Below, one piece after another: positions 13,166 to 25,810 of a stretch of 64,000 nt of DNA. This DNA comes from Strigamia acuminata. Taxonomy: Eukaryota. How positions within the stretch are numbered: the first letter of the stretch is position 1; each line of letters opens with the position of its first letter. A program made the position numbers and the translations under genes. The stretch covers positions 33,294,001 to 33,358,000 of the forward strand of contig OX442314.1 in NCBI GenBank assembly GCA_949358305.1. Reading direction: 5' to 3'. The notes below the pieces were generated by a model that saw nothing but the letters and a program-made list of their open reading frames with translations, was not told the origin of the DNA and searched no databases.

Positions 13166-13459
13166 ACTGCATTCCTACATGAATGTTGCATTTACATTTT
13201 CTCGCGCTTGTTTTTGAATCACAATGTCCGTTGTCTGTATTCTAAAGTGGTCGTTTGGTCACTTGTGGGACTGACAAGATTATTTTGGGCCTTCTAATTT
13301 TATTTTTCCTCATTTTCTTTGTATTTGTTCCCTCTAGACACATCCACTTTCAACATCCTCATCCCTCCTAAAATTACCCAACCATTCACTCGATTTTATT
13401 TCGTTTTTAATCAACTTGACTGAAATTTGTTGCTCCCCTGTCCAAAATAATCTCACATC

Positions 13460-14050
13460 TTTACGTGATGAGTGTTATCGCACGTAGATGCAAATGGAAA
13501 TCTGCATTCGCCTTCTTCGTTGTCAAATAATTGAATGGAAATCTTTTTTTCAAATTCTAGTGATGGAATTTTGTTTGCACCCGTGACAAAAGCCAGCAAA
13601 TCTTCAAATTCTTCAGGCACCTCTTTTCTCTAAAGAAAATTACCGGTTAATTGAAAATGAAAGAATCAAATATTTTTTATTATAAATACTCACGTTGGAT
13701 GTCTACTAAAAATTTCTCCCAATGAAACATTGTGATTTCTTCTTCAGCTTTTCTGTTTCTGCTTTCTACGGAATACAGAATGTGGTATAACTCCTTGAAT
13801 TTATCTCTGGTGATACTGCATGTCAGTTGAACAAAAAGAGGGAGAAATAGCGCCTAATGAATTTTAATGGAATTAACAAAGTTTAGGTCTATCAGGTTCA
13901 ACCCATTTTTAAATGCTTTAATTTCAGACATAGTCCGAAATGTTTTAAAACAAGAATATTTAAAACTATTAAAATACAAAGCATTAATGTAATTACCTGT
14001 AGTACACAGTATATAATTAGATGTTTCTATAATCAATTCCACATCATTCA
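13460..14050 (-). pseudogene. HECT-domain E3 ligase (G2E3-like) exon remnants
   Basis: FEDLLAFVTGANKIP...ECRFPFASTCDN retains the HECT catalytic Cys motif. Upstream reads FKELYHILYSVESRNRKAEEEITMFHWEKFL. Confidence 0.75.
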
Positions 14051-14194
14051 TACTCTGTGTACCTTAGCACAGGGGTTCCCATTCTCTTTAGCATTGCTAC
14101 TCATGTTTAAGCAATGCGATTTTCCGCGCCCCACTTCATCTACTGGTGCATTAAATTTTTCAAAAATTAACTACTAAAAAGAAAACAAGATTTT

Positions 14195-14475
14195 TTTATA
14201 TAATTTTTTATATAATTTGATATAATTTTGCATAAAATTTGATATAATTTTGCACAAAATTTTATATAATTTTGCACAAAATTTTATATAATTTTGCACA
14301 AAATTTTATATAATTTTGCACAAAATTTTATATAATTTTGCACAAAATTTTATATAATTTTGCACAAAATTTTATATAATTTTGCACAAAATTTTATATA
14401 ATTTTGCACAAAATTTTATATAATTTTGCACAAAATTTTATATAATTTTGCATAAAATTTTACATAAATTTGCAA
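14195..14475. repeat. 23-bp AT-rich minisatellite (tatataattttgcacaaaatttt), roughly 11-12 units
   Basis: Visible tandem array with a quasi-palindromic unit. Confidence 0.95.
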
Positions 14476-15053
14476 AAAAAGCTTGTGTGTGATTGGTGTG
14501 GCACACAGTTTAAGAAATGCTGTCTAAGGATATCCATTTAGAAAGCACAATCCACCTTTATTACTGATAAATTCTTTGAGTTCCTCATTGTTGAAAAGAC
14601 AAGTAAAGAAAGTTTTCACCAACAGGTCAATACATCTATAGAATATTGGTGCTTTGAAGAAAGAAGAAAATTTCAATAAATAAAAACCAGAGAAAATATT
14701 AAAGAAAACAACCAATAAATGTTATACATTTATACATATAAAATTAATACATAGTTACTCAAAATTAATATACAAAGTTACTCAAAATTAATATACAAAG
14801 TTATTCAAAATTCAAACAAAAAGGTATAGACAAATCCAGTAGCAATGCCGGTTGCACAAAAATAAATCAAATCCCAAAAATAATAAAAGAAAAAAAAATT
14901 AGTCAAACAAATCGGACGATACGGAGTCTGACTCGGCCCGAGCAGCTCTTTCCTGGCGCTCCTTAGCTGCTGCCACATCCACTGCTTCCGCCCATTCCTC
15001 CGTCTGTGTAAAAAACTCGTCGTCCCAGAAAGCGGCGGTGGTGGAGGTGGTGG

Positions 15054-15515
15054 CTACGAGATCGACGCAGCTCGTGCGGCCATTTCCTGGCGCTCCTTAG
15101 CTGCTGCCACATCCACTGCTTCCTCAGTCGTCCCATTCCGGGAACGCAGACGGTGAAAGCGGCGGTGGTGGAGGTGGTGCAAAGGCGCTGCTGCGTCCAT
15201 TGCGACTAGCATCGCTTCCACATCTTGGTCGAACCATCCGTCATTAAACACTTCCTCCATCATGTCCTCCCACAGGATTTGAACAGGCGGTGACCATGGG
15301 GGTGTAGGCGGGAACCAGTCCTATAGGAGTTAATGAAAAAAAAGTGGAAAAAATGTACGAAAAAGTTGAAAAACTGAGAAAATACACCATTAAACATTTA
15401 AAATTGTGATAAAATATCACGTAAAATGCAAAATATCCTGTAAAATGTTACAAATTATGAGAAATTATAAGAAAAACAGTTATTTTCATATGAAAATCCT
15501 TTAGTTGCTTACCAT
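15054..15515 (-). CDS. Candidate small spliced gene (ATG-only first coding exon 15515..15513, exon 15320..15054), ~89 aa, unknown function, possibly decayed
   Basis: The donor ATG|GTAAGC and acceptor ctcctatag| give in-frame M-DWFPPTPPWSPPVQILWEDMMEEVF... A downstream internal duplication lies at 14950-15053. Confidence 0.4.
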
Positions 15516-16791
15516 TTTTTTGGCTTTGTTCGAAATGTGCTACTAATAGTGGTTTGGTGGTATGCTAATGAAGTATTGTCGCTGTCCAATTACGTAAAAC
15601 GCGTAGCAACTACTAATAAAAGAAATATTTAAAAAATAAAATAAAATAAAATCTAATCCAATGATTGTTGTATTTCGAGAGTCCGAATTGAAGTGAGAAC
15701 ACACCTTTTTATGGAACACAAAAGTAACACGTCTTTACTGTTCAGCATACATGCAAGCAAGTGACAAAACGAATACATAATAGTCATGTTAACAACTCTA
15801 CAACAATGTAACTGTGTAACTCTAAGTAACAGGTTCTTAGTAAATAACAATGTGCCATTTCATCAGACATTAAATGAAATAAGAATACAGGGGCTCCTGT
15901 AGTTGATATCTGCAAAAAATAAAATAAAAAATAAAATAAAGATAAATTAAAAAATGAATAAAAAATATCATCTTATGGCTATCACTTGAGGTACAACGAA
16001 GACAATTCCGACAAGAAATTGTCTGGGAAAATGAAGTTCCTCAAAGACACGATCCCAAACAGTATACCCATAAAAGATAATTGGAAAACTTGTAATGGTT
16101 TCGATACAAACTGCTAAAATTGGATGTAATCCAGCGATCACGAGAGGAACGCCAAACGTCTTTACGCGTGAATCTGCAATCAGACACCACAAATAAAAAT
16201 ATATATTTATTATAATGGCAAATTGGTAAAAAAAAATTTAATTTTAGACGAAACAACATACTGAAGCTGCGACGGCCGAGATTCGATGTACTATGTCACA
16301 TTTGATGTAACAGAATGTGTGACCAGTTGGTTAACTAAATTAGCATTCCGTCACATCAATTCTTAATTTTATTGGCCGCCTTCCCCTCGCTGCATCATCA
16401 AACCCACAATTTAAAATCAAGCACTCCCAAAACTTGTTCATTCGAATTCAAGTCAACGCACTAAGCATGATGTCTTTGTGCAGTGTGAAAGTAACCTGGA
16501 TAGATGTTTTGAATGAGTTCAATGGAAATTGAAAGCTTTCCGATTTGCAATGCCTTTGACTTTTTTATCGTTTGATAATATTTAAGATCGTTGGATGTCC
16601 TGGGCAAATACAAACATGCAAAATGGGGATTTTAATTGGTTTTAATAATTCGAAATGTGAAATATGAATACCGGTAAGCTGTGAGAGATTAACGGATTGA
16701 ATTACCGGATTACTTTACCAGATTGAATTACGTAAATTCACAAGACATAATAAATACGGAGTATATATATTTGTATTCCTGATTATATTCG

Positions 16792-17180
16792 TGTGACCGG
16801 TATGGTCTTCGCCAGAGTAAGCAGGGGACTGAATACACTGGTGTGGGACGCATACTCACGAATAAATGACAAGAACTCCCTATTATTGGTTTGTTGGCCT
16901 TTAATATGTTGTCTAGGGGTATGGGGAATCCCGTCACCCGTTGCGGGGATGCCATGAGGGCACACCGCACCGGCAATCGACCCATTACACACAGGGCGCG
17001 AGCTCCATGGGTGACATGGTCGGTTCAACATAACATTCATGTCGTAGACTTACCTACGACCCACGCAGTCACTCATGGAGAGTGCAGTATGGAGAATGGC
17101 GAGGAGTGTAGAGTCCACACAGCCCAGGACACGTCTTGTCCCTGTGATGGTCACAGCTCCTCTCTCTCGGTCGGAGAGAA
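16792..17180 (-). mobile_element. Partial LTR (family also at ~29600-29950 and 43813-44805)
   Basis: Shares the terminus tgtgac(c/t)ggtatggtcttcgcca with the 43813 copy, and internal blocks (gggaatcccgtcacccgttgc, cactcatggag) with the other copies. Confidence 0.65.
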
Positions 17181-17429
17181 TTTCCTATCTCGTGCACCGT
17201 CTTGCGTGCAGCCTACAAGGCTGATTTGGAACTTCAGGCCGTCATTTAGAGATGAGTGGAGGTCGAAAACCTTCGAGTTAATTCATTTTTATAAACACAG
17301 GATCACGTTTTCTGCTCAAGATTCGTTCCTGTTTTTGTCCGGGAAAGCTGAATCTCCTAGTATCAAATAAAGGAGAAATATTAATCCCATTCAAAACTTT
17401 TGAATTATCTACAAAAAACTTAAATTTTC

Positions 17430-18344
17430 AGTTGCAAGGTATGAATACAATTGTGAATTTTTGTAAACATGAGAATCATTATTTTTCCCAGGTGACCCCA
17501 TATTAATGTACCAAAACTTATACAAGCTGTTACAAACTGCTAAAAGAACTACACTGTAATGGGATTTATAGTTCTAATAGTCACATGAATGTTCTTTAGG
17601 AGGTGACACACATATGTGTGTTCCATCGATAGCACCAATACACTGTGGAAAGGAACAGTTTACTTCAAAACCACGAATTAATTCTGCAATTTTTGCCGCT
17701 GTTTTTGGAGTTGAAATTACAGTTGACATAAACATGTCAACTACGTGGAAGCAAAATTTATGCAACTCTTGACACAAGGTGCTTTTTCCAACTTCAAATA
17801 ATTGGCAAACTGTTCGCAATTCAGCCGATGATCCCAGTAAGAAAACACACATTGAAATTCGTTTCTTCACACAAATGCATGCACGATAGTTGGTATTTTC
17901 ATGTTCCATTCTTGATTTTAGGGCTGATATTAAACCATTTAGTGTGTCCAAGGGCAGTCTGAAATTAAATTAAATTCAGAAAATTAAATTCAGAAAATTC
18001 ATTAAATTCATTAAATTCATAAAATAAGCTTCAAAATTTAACGAGTCTACCTGAAATTTTCCTTCCATTGAGTAGGTGTAAATCCTGGCACAATTTCATC
18101 CCGTATTATCACCATGTATTATTTTTTGGATATTGCCATAAACGACCTATGGATGATGGTCTTGTTTCCGCAATAAAATCGTTACAAAAGTGGTAATATT
18201 TGACTGTAGTGACTCTAAACGACGTCTTCGGTGCAATAAAGCACGCAAATTTACAATTTGCTGGTCGAATTCATTACTATCCATTATGAATTCATTAAGA
18301 AATGTCAGCAAAACTTGTTGCTTATTTTTCATGTTGGCAGCCAT
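17430..18344 (-). mobile_element. PIF/Harbinger DDE transposase pseudogene with intron 18050..17959
   Basis: WKENFR|LPLDTL..., KKRISMCVFLLGSSAELRTVCQLFEVGKST, FPQCIGAIDGTHI, YSVVLLAVC and GSPGKNND. Contains in-frame stops and a frameshift. Confidence 0.88.
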
Positions 18345-19244
18345 TGTAGGTGTGAACACAACTCCATCCAAGTGATTGTTGGAACTCTGTTCAGTTGGAT
18401 CAGATCCAAACAAACTCGATCCGTTTGGTGTGAACAAGGTATTAGGCAATTCTGTGGGTGCCACACGTTGTCTGAATCTGTTGCGGGGCTGCCACCACTC
18501 GAGCTTGTGAGGAAGGATAAGCCTGACGAGGCACAAAATTAGCAGTAGAAGGATTGGAGCCATTTTGAGTTTGCATGGCAGTTTTGCACACTCTAGTAAG
18601 GTGTTCCATTTTGCCACAGAAAGCTGCGAAAGCTCTTCATGTAATTTCTGTGTCCATCTTTTACTTGTGTCCTGCTACTTTCTTCCCGTTGAGTGTTGAA
18701 GTAGCTTTTAATAGCTCCTCTAAATCACATACGCAAAGTATAAGTAAAGAAAAAATAAGTAATCTTACTTTCCACATCATTACTCATTAGGTCGCAGGTG
18801 CGCATTTGTAAAACCATGCGACCCCAACGGATAATAACGTTGTACTAAAGCGTTTTACTTTCGGAAACGTCAATTTCCACACTTGGTCAATCTACCATTT
18901 TTCGAGTGTGACGATCCCCTTAGACATAGACATTGCATAAAATAATTGCCGTAGTTTTAGCCCACTTAACTACACATCAGAATACAAACAAGGAAATACG
19001 GTGCTATGAAATTATCAACACAAAATAGGTCAATTTTTGCATACTCAAACAAGTAAAAAAAAAAATGTATCAGTTTATTTAGTCCCTCCTCTCGTACAAT
19101 TATATATTTTATCCACAAGTAAAATTTAAGTTTGTGTGATACAAATGACGATTGCAATTGGCAGGGATGATGTGTAATCTAAAATGGAATTTTTTCTCTC
19201 CATTAACGCTGGTTGGAGGCTACTGCGTGCTGCCCGCTGTATCG

Positions 19245-19681
19245 CTATTCGCTATCCACATCCGAATCTGTAAAAATAAAAAAAGTAGAAATGAAAAATT
19301 GATTTGAAACTAAACCACTCTAATCGTCGTCGTAGGATGGACGCATTTAATTTTAAATCTAAATTTTAACACGTGCGTAAATCTTACCGTAATCGTCGCC
19401 GCTTTCATTCCCGGCACCGCAGTAAGGACAGTCTGGATACCAGCAAGTCACGTCGTCAAAATACAAGCAATCGCGCGTGCAATATTTTTCCCAGTAAGCG
19501 TCCGTTTCTGAATACGAAATGAAAAAATGCTTTAAGAAATCTTGTTTGGATAGAAATACTCTAAGATACTCTTACCTGAATAATTGTTACTGCTGTGTGT
19601 GTTTGTGTCGTTACTTGCGTCGCTGCTTGTGTTTGTGTCGTTACTTGCTTTGCTGCTTGTGTGTGTTTTGTTTCCTTCCAT
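19245..19681 (-). CDS. Candidate three-exon micro-gene (19681..19576, 19507..19388, 19267..19245) encoding an 82-aa acidic Cys-rich peptide
   Basis: Two GTAAG donors and two pyrimidine-rich CAG acceptors, phase 1-1, give an open frame through TAG. AATAAA lies about 170 nt downstream. Confidence 0.6.
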
Positions 19682-20399
19682 AATTGGTGATGATGATGGG
19701 AAGTAGTATCGACTTTGTGAGGTTAAGTGTTAACTGAATGTGTTTTAACTTTTCGAAGAAATTAATCATTCATATCTGCAATAATCAACCTTATCTCAAA
19801 TTGTCATCATTTCTGTGTCACTGGTCAAGGCGGCAATCATATCTGTGATGAGTGTAGTTTTATCTAGTGGATTAGTGGCCATTGCGGCTATACTTTGTGG
19901 TCTAAGTGGTAAAGTTGTCAGGTGTCACAGAGAATCAAAATTGTGGTATTACAATACAATTATTATTTGTCATTTTTGTTGTTGTTGACATCAAACTAGT
20001 GGACAGAGTTAGGTGAAAAATAACACGGAATACTTTATTAAATAATTGGATAGAATAAAGTAAAAGTTGAGTGACAATTAATTATTTATTTAGATAATAG
20101 ATTAAACGTTTGATTTTGTAGATTTTTTTTAAGGAAATATGTAAATGTAGTAGTTTTCGTGCTAAGTTACTTCCAGGAGAGGAAATGTGTGTGCGCCTTT
20201 TTTTTTAATTCAGATTCTTTTCAAACATCCGAATCTGTGAAGACAAAAAAGTTAAAATTGCTAAAATGAAATAATTACTGTAATTGTTGCTATTCAGATC
20301 AAGATCTCCTCCTTCGTCACCCCTTTTAGGAAAAATTTATTTAAATCTTCATTAAAGTTGGAGAAAAAATTGTCCCAATTTTCGCAAAATTTCTTTAAA

Positions 20400-20950
20400 G
20401 TTTGTTCCAATTTTCTCAAAATTTCTTTAGAAATCGTCTCAAAATTCCTTTAAAATTTCCTCATAATTCCTTAAAAATTTCCTCAAATTTGCTTTAAAAT
20501 TTCCTCAAATTTGCTTTAAAATTCCCTCAAATTTGCTTTAAAATTCCCTCAAAATTGCTTGAAAATTCCCTCAAAATTGCTTTAAAATTCCCTCAAATTT
20601 GCTTTATAATTTCTTCAAATTTGCGTTAAAATTCCCTCAAATTTGCTTTAAAATTTCCTCAAATTTGCTTTAAAATTTCCTCAAATTTGCTTTAAAATTT
20701 CCTCAAAATTGCTTTAAAATTCCCTCAAAATTGCTTGAAAATTCCCTCAAATTTGCTTTAAAATTTCCTCAAATTTGCTTTAAAATTTCCTCAAATTTGC
20801 TTTAAAATTCCCTCAAAATTGCTTTAAAATTCCCTCAAAATTGCTTGAAAATTTCCTCAAAATTGCTTTAAAATTCCCTCAAATTTGCTTTAAAATTCCC
20901 TCAAAATTTGTTAACTTTTCTCTCAAAATTTGTTAACATTTCTCTCAAAA
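20400..20950. repeat. 23-bp minisatellite (aaaattccctcaaatttgcttta), about 20+ units
   Basis: Visible tandem array with degenerate edges. Confidence 0.95.
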
Positions 20951-21488
20951 TATCTTCAAAAACCTCTCAAAATTAGACTTTTAACCACGTCCATCCTTCC
21001 ACAATCGAAAAACCCATCACAAAAATCAAAAACAACTTACAAACCAAACCAAACTCTTCCCAACCAACCGCTCGAATCCAACCCCGCATTCACTCACTCT
21101 AAAACCTAAATAATTTAAACGAAAGAGAAAACCAAGCAAACATTTCCTCAATTTCACTCCAACCATTCAAACCGGGTCAAGAACCATAACGCATTCACAT
21201 CACATGATCCGCTGCATAACTAGGACAAGGTGAAGAACCCGATCCACCAAAAGCGAAAACAACACGTAAACATTTCATCTTTTTTCCCTCGACAAATCCC
21301 CCAAAAAAATCAATCCACTCTCCCAAATTCAGGAAGTAATCAAGCCACCATGTCCTACAAAACCAGGCCCGTTGTTCGTATCTATGTTACGCCCCGAAGC
21401 ACAAATAACTGACCTCTCGTGGTCCCCCGAGCCAACCCAGCACGCTCCGCTTCTCCCGAATTGTCTCATTGTCAAACCGAAGCCGAGC

Positions 21489-23027
21489 ATGAGGACGGCG
21501 CGACGACTGCTCGACTCTCTCCGCGCATTCCTCTATTTCCTCGCGTTTTCCTTACCTCTAATCCTCCTCTTCTTCGCCGGATGTTTCTTCTCTCTCTACC
21601 GACCACTCGTCGGCTTCTACCTGCGTCGCAAACACGGTCGAATCGCTTTCCTGCCCGGCCTCGACGCGATGTGCGCGATCGACTGCGAAGCGATCCCGAT
21701 GAACGTCACCGCGATCCTCACGCTCAACGGCCGCGCCGACGTCGATAAACTGCGGCGAATCGTGCTGAAACATCTCGTGCGTGCTAGAGACGACCGAAAC
21801 GTTATCCGACACCCTTCGCTGACCCACTACGTGCACCAAGAGTGCGGCTACTACTTCTGGCTGCCCGAAATGCAGTTTTCCATCGACGAACACGTCCAGA
21901 TCTACGAAGGACCGTGTCCGAGCAACGAGGACGAATTCGACGCCGTCTGCGCCAACATCTGCACCCGTCGAGCGCCGCCCGGCAAGTCCCCGTGGCTGTT
22001 TTTAGTCGTGCCGCTCGCGCAGGACTTCCCGACCGCCGAGAACCCGAAGCGGCCGCACTATCGCATCGTGCTGAGTCTCCTCCACGCGATGGCGGACGGC
22101 GTGTCGTTGGTGCGAATCATCACCACGCATCTCCTGGACGAGCCCTACACCCAAATACCGGCCAATCTGCTGAAGAAAAAGGAGGAATCGACGTTGAAAT
22201 CTGCTCTGCACGCGTTGAAAACCGCGTTTTTTATGCCCCGTGCGCTCTGCAAGCAATTGATGATCCACGATGTGAATAGATTGCACGGGAAGACGCTTTC
22301 CGGGGTGAAGTTGATCGCGTTTTCGCAACCGACGCCTCTGGAGCGGCTGCAGCGGGTGCGGCGGGCGACGGCGGCGACCGTGAATGATGTGCTCATGTCG
22401 TGCGTGGCCGGTGCGCTGCGCTCGTATTTCGGCGGGGATTCGTCGTGCACGGCGACTGCCATCGTCCCGATCGCCAAGCACGATCTGGAGAAAGATGCGG
22501 AGATGGAGAATTCGTGCTCGTTCGTGCCGTTGTCGTTGCCGGTGCACGTGGAGGACGCGATGGAGCGGCTGGCGGAGACGAAGCGGGGGATGGATAGTGT
22601 GAAACGGTCGCCGAATTATTGGTTTAATTTTTATGGGTTTCGGTTTTTGTGCAATCGGTTGCCCAAGTGCGTGTCGAGGGTTTATTTGAATACGTTGCGG
22701 ATCACGTGCATTGTGTCGAATGTGCCCGGGTGCGATAGGTGTTATACGATGTGCGAGAATGATGCGATTGAAGAAGCGGCTTTTATTCTGCCCAATCGAG
22801 GCAAAATCGGTAATTGATTATTGGTGTGGTTTTTGGTTGGTTTTTTTTAATTGATTTTTTTTTTGGTAGGTGTTGGCGTGTCTCTGCTCACGTTTAACAA
22901 GCATTTGCAAGTCGGGCTCATCGTCGATCAGAGTTTGGTGCATTCAAAGGCAGATCTGCTCAGCATTTTAGGCAATTTCGAAAGGGAATTGCAAATACTT
23001 GAAAAACAAACAAGTGGAATTAATTAA
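21489..23027 (+). CDS. Wax ester synthase/diacylglycerol acyltransferase (WS/DGAT) family protein; exons 21489..22809 and 22870..23027
   Basis: Active-site-like LHAMADG (22080-22100), ATVNDVLMSCVAGALRSY, SNVPG and an N-terminal hydrophobic segment. The 60-bp GT..AG intron 22810-22869 restores the C-terminus GVGVSLLTFNKHLQVGLIVD. The start could alternatively be 21384. Confidence 0.9.
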
Positions 23028-23149
23028 TCTGATCTGGCGTTGTTTGTAGTTATATACAGCATCTAGGTAATAAATGTTGTTAATTTAAGGGTTATTTAAT
23101 AAATAATATATATATTTTTTAATTATTGGGTGTTTCCAATGTATGGTTT

Positions 23150-25320
23150 CATAATATTTTGGAGCTTGGGTTCATTTTGAGCAGAAAAACACGACTGTAG
23201 AATGGAAAAGTTGCACATTGATCGAAGCTAAATGACATATTTGGGCTTTTGGAACTTCTGCTTGGCTGTACAAAATTGTATTATGAAGAATTGAATTTTT
23301 TGGAAACAAATTTTATATTTTTTCTTTTAAGTTTGAATTATATCTCTGAAAATTTCGTTAAATTTTATTATGGAATATTGATGATTTCGTTTGGTTAAAA
23401 GTCAATATTATCCGTATTGTTGGAATATATTTATTTTCAAAAATAAATTTTCCTGGACAATTTTCTTTCTTCAATTTTGCAAATGACCAACTTTTACATG
23501 ACACAATCGTCATTTGATCATGTCGTGACGTTTTAAATCTTCAGCATCGAAGATTCGTTCTACTCGGAAATTATGATCCGTGTTGACAAATGTAGACCCC
23601 GTAGAATGAATTGTGTCTTTGTTCTGCTCGCCACGTTAGCTTCGTCTCCGGTTTGGTTTTGTTTGGTTCGTTGATGGCGATATTTGAACTACGGTAGATT
23701 TTCAGTTCGAATTCGGTTGTTCTCTGTGGAAATGATCTGCTACTTCCATGTCCATTTAAGTACTACGTATTTTGTAAGTTTCCATTTATTTAATTCCGAT
23801 CGAAATGTTTCGTGTTAAATTTCCATTTTCTCGGATCCGTGTTATGGGCCTATTCTTTTAATATTTCGCCAAATTGTCGTATTTTTATTTATAATATCAT
23901 CTGGAGATAAGATATAACGATTTTCTCTTTGATCAAATCGTTCAAATTCCAATGGCCCGCCAACTTGAGTCGTTCGAACTACACGCCAGCTCGGTCAATT
24001 GACTCAATTTTCTGTTCGAGTTGTTTCGTTTTTTCATTTTTCTTTATTCTCAGAATTTGTTTGTATTGTAAACCCACATTTCCGACACGAAAGTGGATTT
24101 TACACAATTTCTTTCTGTAATTATGTGGTTGTGGGATTTTTTACGCGCTTGTATTGTAGGCCCGCATTCGTAAATGTGTGCGGCATTTACATGATTTTGT
24201 ATTGTAAGACTGCATTCCTACATGAATGTTGCATTTACATTTTTCTTGCGCTTATTTTTGCATCACATTGTCAGTTCTCTCATTCTCTGTATTCTAAAGT
24301 GTGGTTTGGTCATTTGCGGACTGGACAAATTTATTTGAGGTCTTCTTTTTTATTTTTTCCCACATTTTTATTTATTTCTTCATAAGACGCATCCCTCCTA
24401 AAATTACCCAACCATTCACTCGATTTTAATTCGTTTTTAATCAACTTGACTGCCAAATGTTTCTCCCCTGTCTAAAAGAATCTCGCATCTTTACGTGATG
24501 AGTGTTATCGCATGTAGGTGCAAATGGAAATCTGTATTTGACTTCCTCGTTGTCAAAAAAATTAATGGAAATCTTTTTTTTCAAATCCTTGTGGTTAAAT
24601 TTTGTTGGCACCTGTGACAAAAGCCAGCAAATCTTCAAATTCCACAGGTATCCTTTTCTTTTAAAAAAAACTACCGGTTAGTTGAAGATGGCAGAATCAA
24701 ATATTTTATATTTTAATTACTCACATTGAATGCCTACTAAAAATTTTTCCCATTGAAATATTATGATTTCTTCTTCAGCTCTTCAGTTGCTGCATTTTAC
24801 TGAATACAGAATGTGGATTTTATCTTCGGTGATACTGCATGTCAGTTGAACCAAACGAGGGAGAAATAGCTCTGAACGACTTTTAATGGAATTAACAAGG
24901 TTTGGGTCTATCAGGTTCGACCCCTTTTTAAAAGCTATAATATCAGTCAGTCCTAAATTTTTTAAAACAAATACCGTATTTTACCGAATAAGAGTCGCCC
25001 TCGAATTGTAGCCGCCCTCGAATAGTAGCCGCGGCCGAGATAGGCAACTTGATATAAGAGCCGCCCTCGAATAGTAGCCGCGGCTATATACGTTCAATGA
25101 ACGTAATAGTACGATATTGGCCACTATTTAAAATAAGAGCCGCCCCCGAATTAAAGCCGCAGCTCAAAGTGGCAGTTTTGAATAAGAGCCGCGGCTCTTA
25201 TTTGGTAAAATACGGTATTTAAAACTATTAAAACACAAAGCATTAATCTAATTACCTGTAGTACACGGTCTATAAGTAGAAGTGTTTTATAATCAATTCC
25301 ATGTCATTCATACTTGCTGT
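23150..25320 (-). repeat. Repeat family A copy 2, including HECT exon remnants (24480-25320)
   Basis: Colinear with copy 1. Reads FEDLLAFVTGANKI and RFPFAPTCDN. Confidence 0.85.
24974..25215. mobile_element. Tc1/mariner (pogo-like) MITE
   Basis: TIR CCGTATTTTACC(G/A)AATAAGAG flanked by TA. Absent from the homologous position in copy 1 (~13955). Confidence 0.85.
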
Positions 25321-25810
25321 GTATATCTTGGATGGATATCCTATAGGACGTTTGGTCACACAGCCACCTGTCTGAATTGTTGGGCTTGGCGCCTCCTTCA
25401 GCTGAGCCTCTTGATACTCATTCATGTGCAGCCAATGGGCCTGCTGCGGGAAGAGCGGGGATTTTAAAAAGCGATTCCATATGTCTCGAAAATAATCGTC
25501 AAAACCTATCACAGGTTCCAAATACGCTCCACCTGGTGCTGGGGCTCGGGTAATTTACAGACCTCACTTTCGTTGGTTGGCGACAAGCAAAAGGTTCGTC
25601 GCTTTCAAGCGATCTGGGTTTTTCAGTTGGGGGCGGTGACCACACAGCTCCAGTTGTTCCCATGTTTGGAAATTTTCTTCAATCTAGTGTGACTGGTATG
25701 GTCTTCGTCATTTTGTTGACTTTATCCGGAAATCCTATCGCTGCTAGCAACAGCGAAGCTGCCGCCGAAAAAAAAAGGTGAAATCCACCAATGAAGTTGG
25801 GAACGTCACG

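Larger units (their letters stand above)
9270..14060 (-). repeat. Dispersed repeat family A (decayed coding repeat plus HECT exons), copy 1, split by two insertions
   Basis: Segments 9270-9628, 12033-12441 and 13166-14060 are colinear with the copy at 23420-25320. Confidence 0.85.

Noticed and set aside
18147..18617. 156-aa ORF as a signal-peptide protein
   Set aside because: Its 3' part is the N-terminus of the broken Harbinger transposase, and the upstream part has no support.
21419..22602. Overlapping alternative-frame and antisense ORFs in WS/DGAT
   Set aside because: Expected shadow ORFs from high GC3, with no independent signals.
21489..23027. Bacterial contamination as the source of WS/DGAT
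   Set aside because: It has a spliceosomal intron and downstream AATAAA signals, and is contiguous with host repeats.
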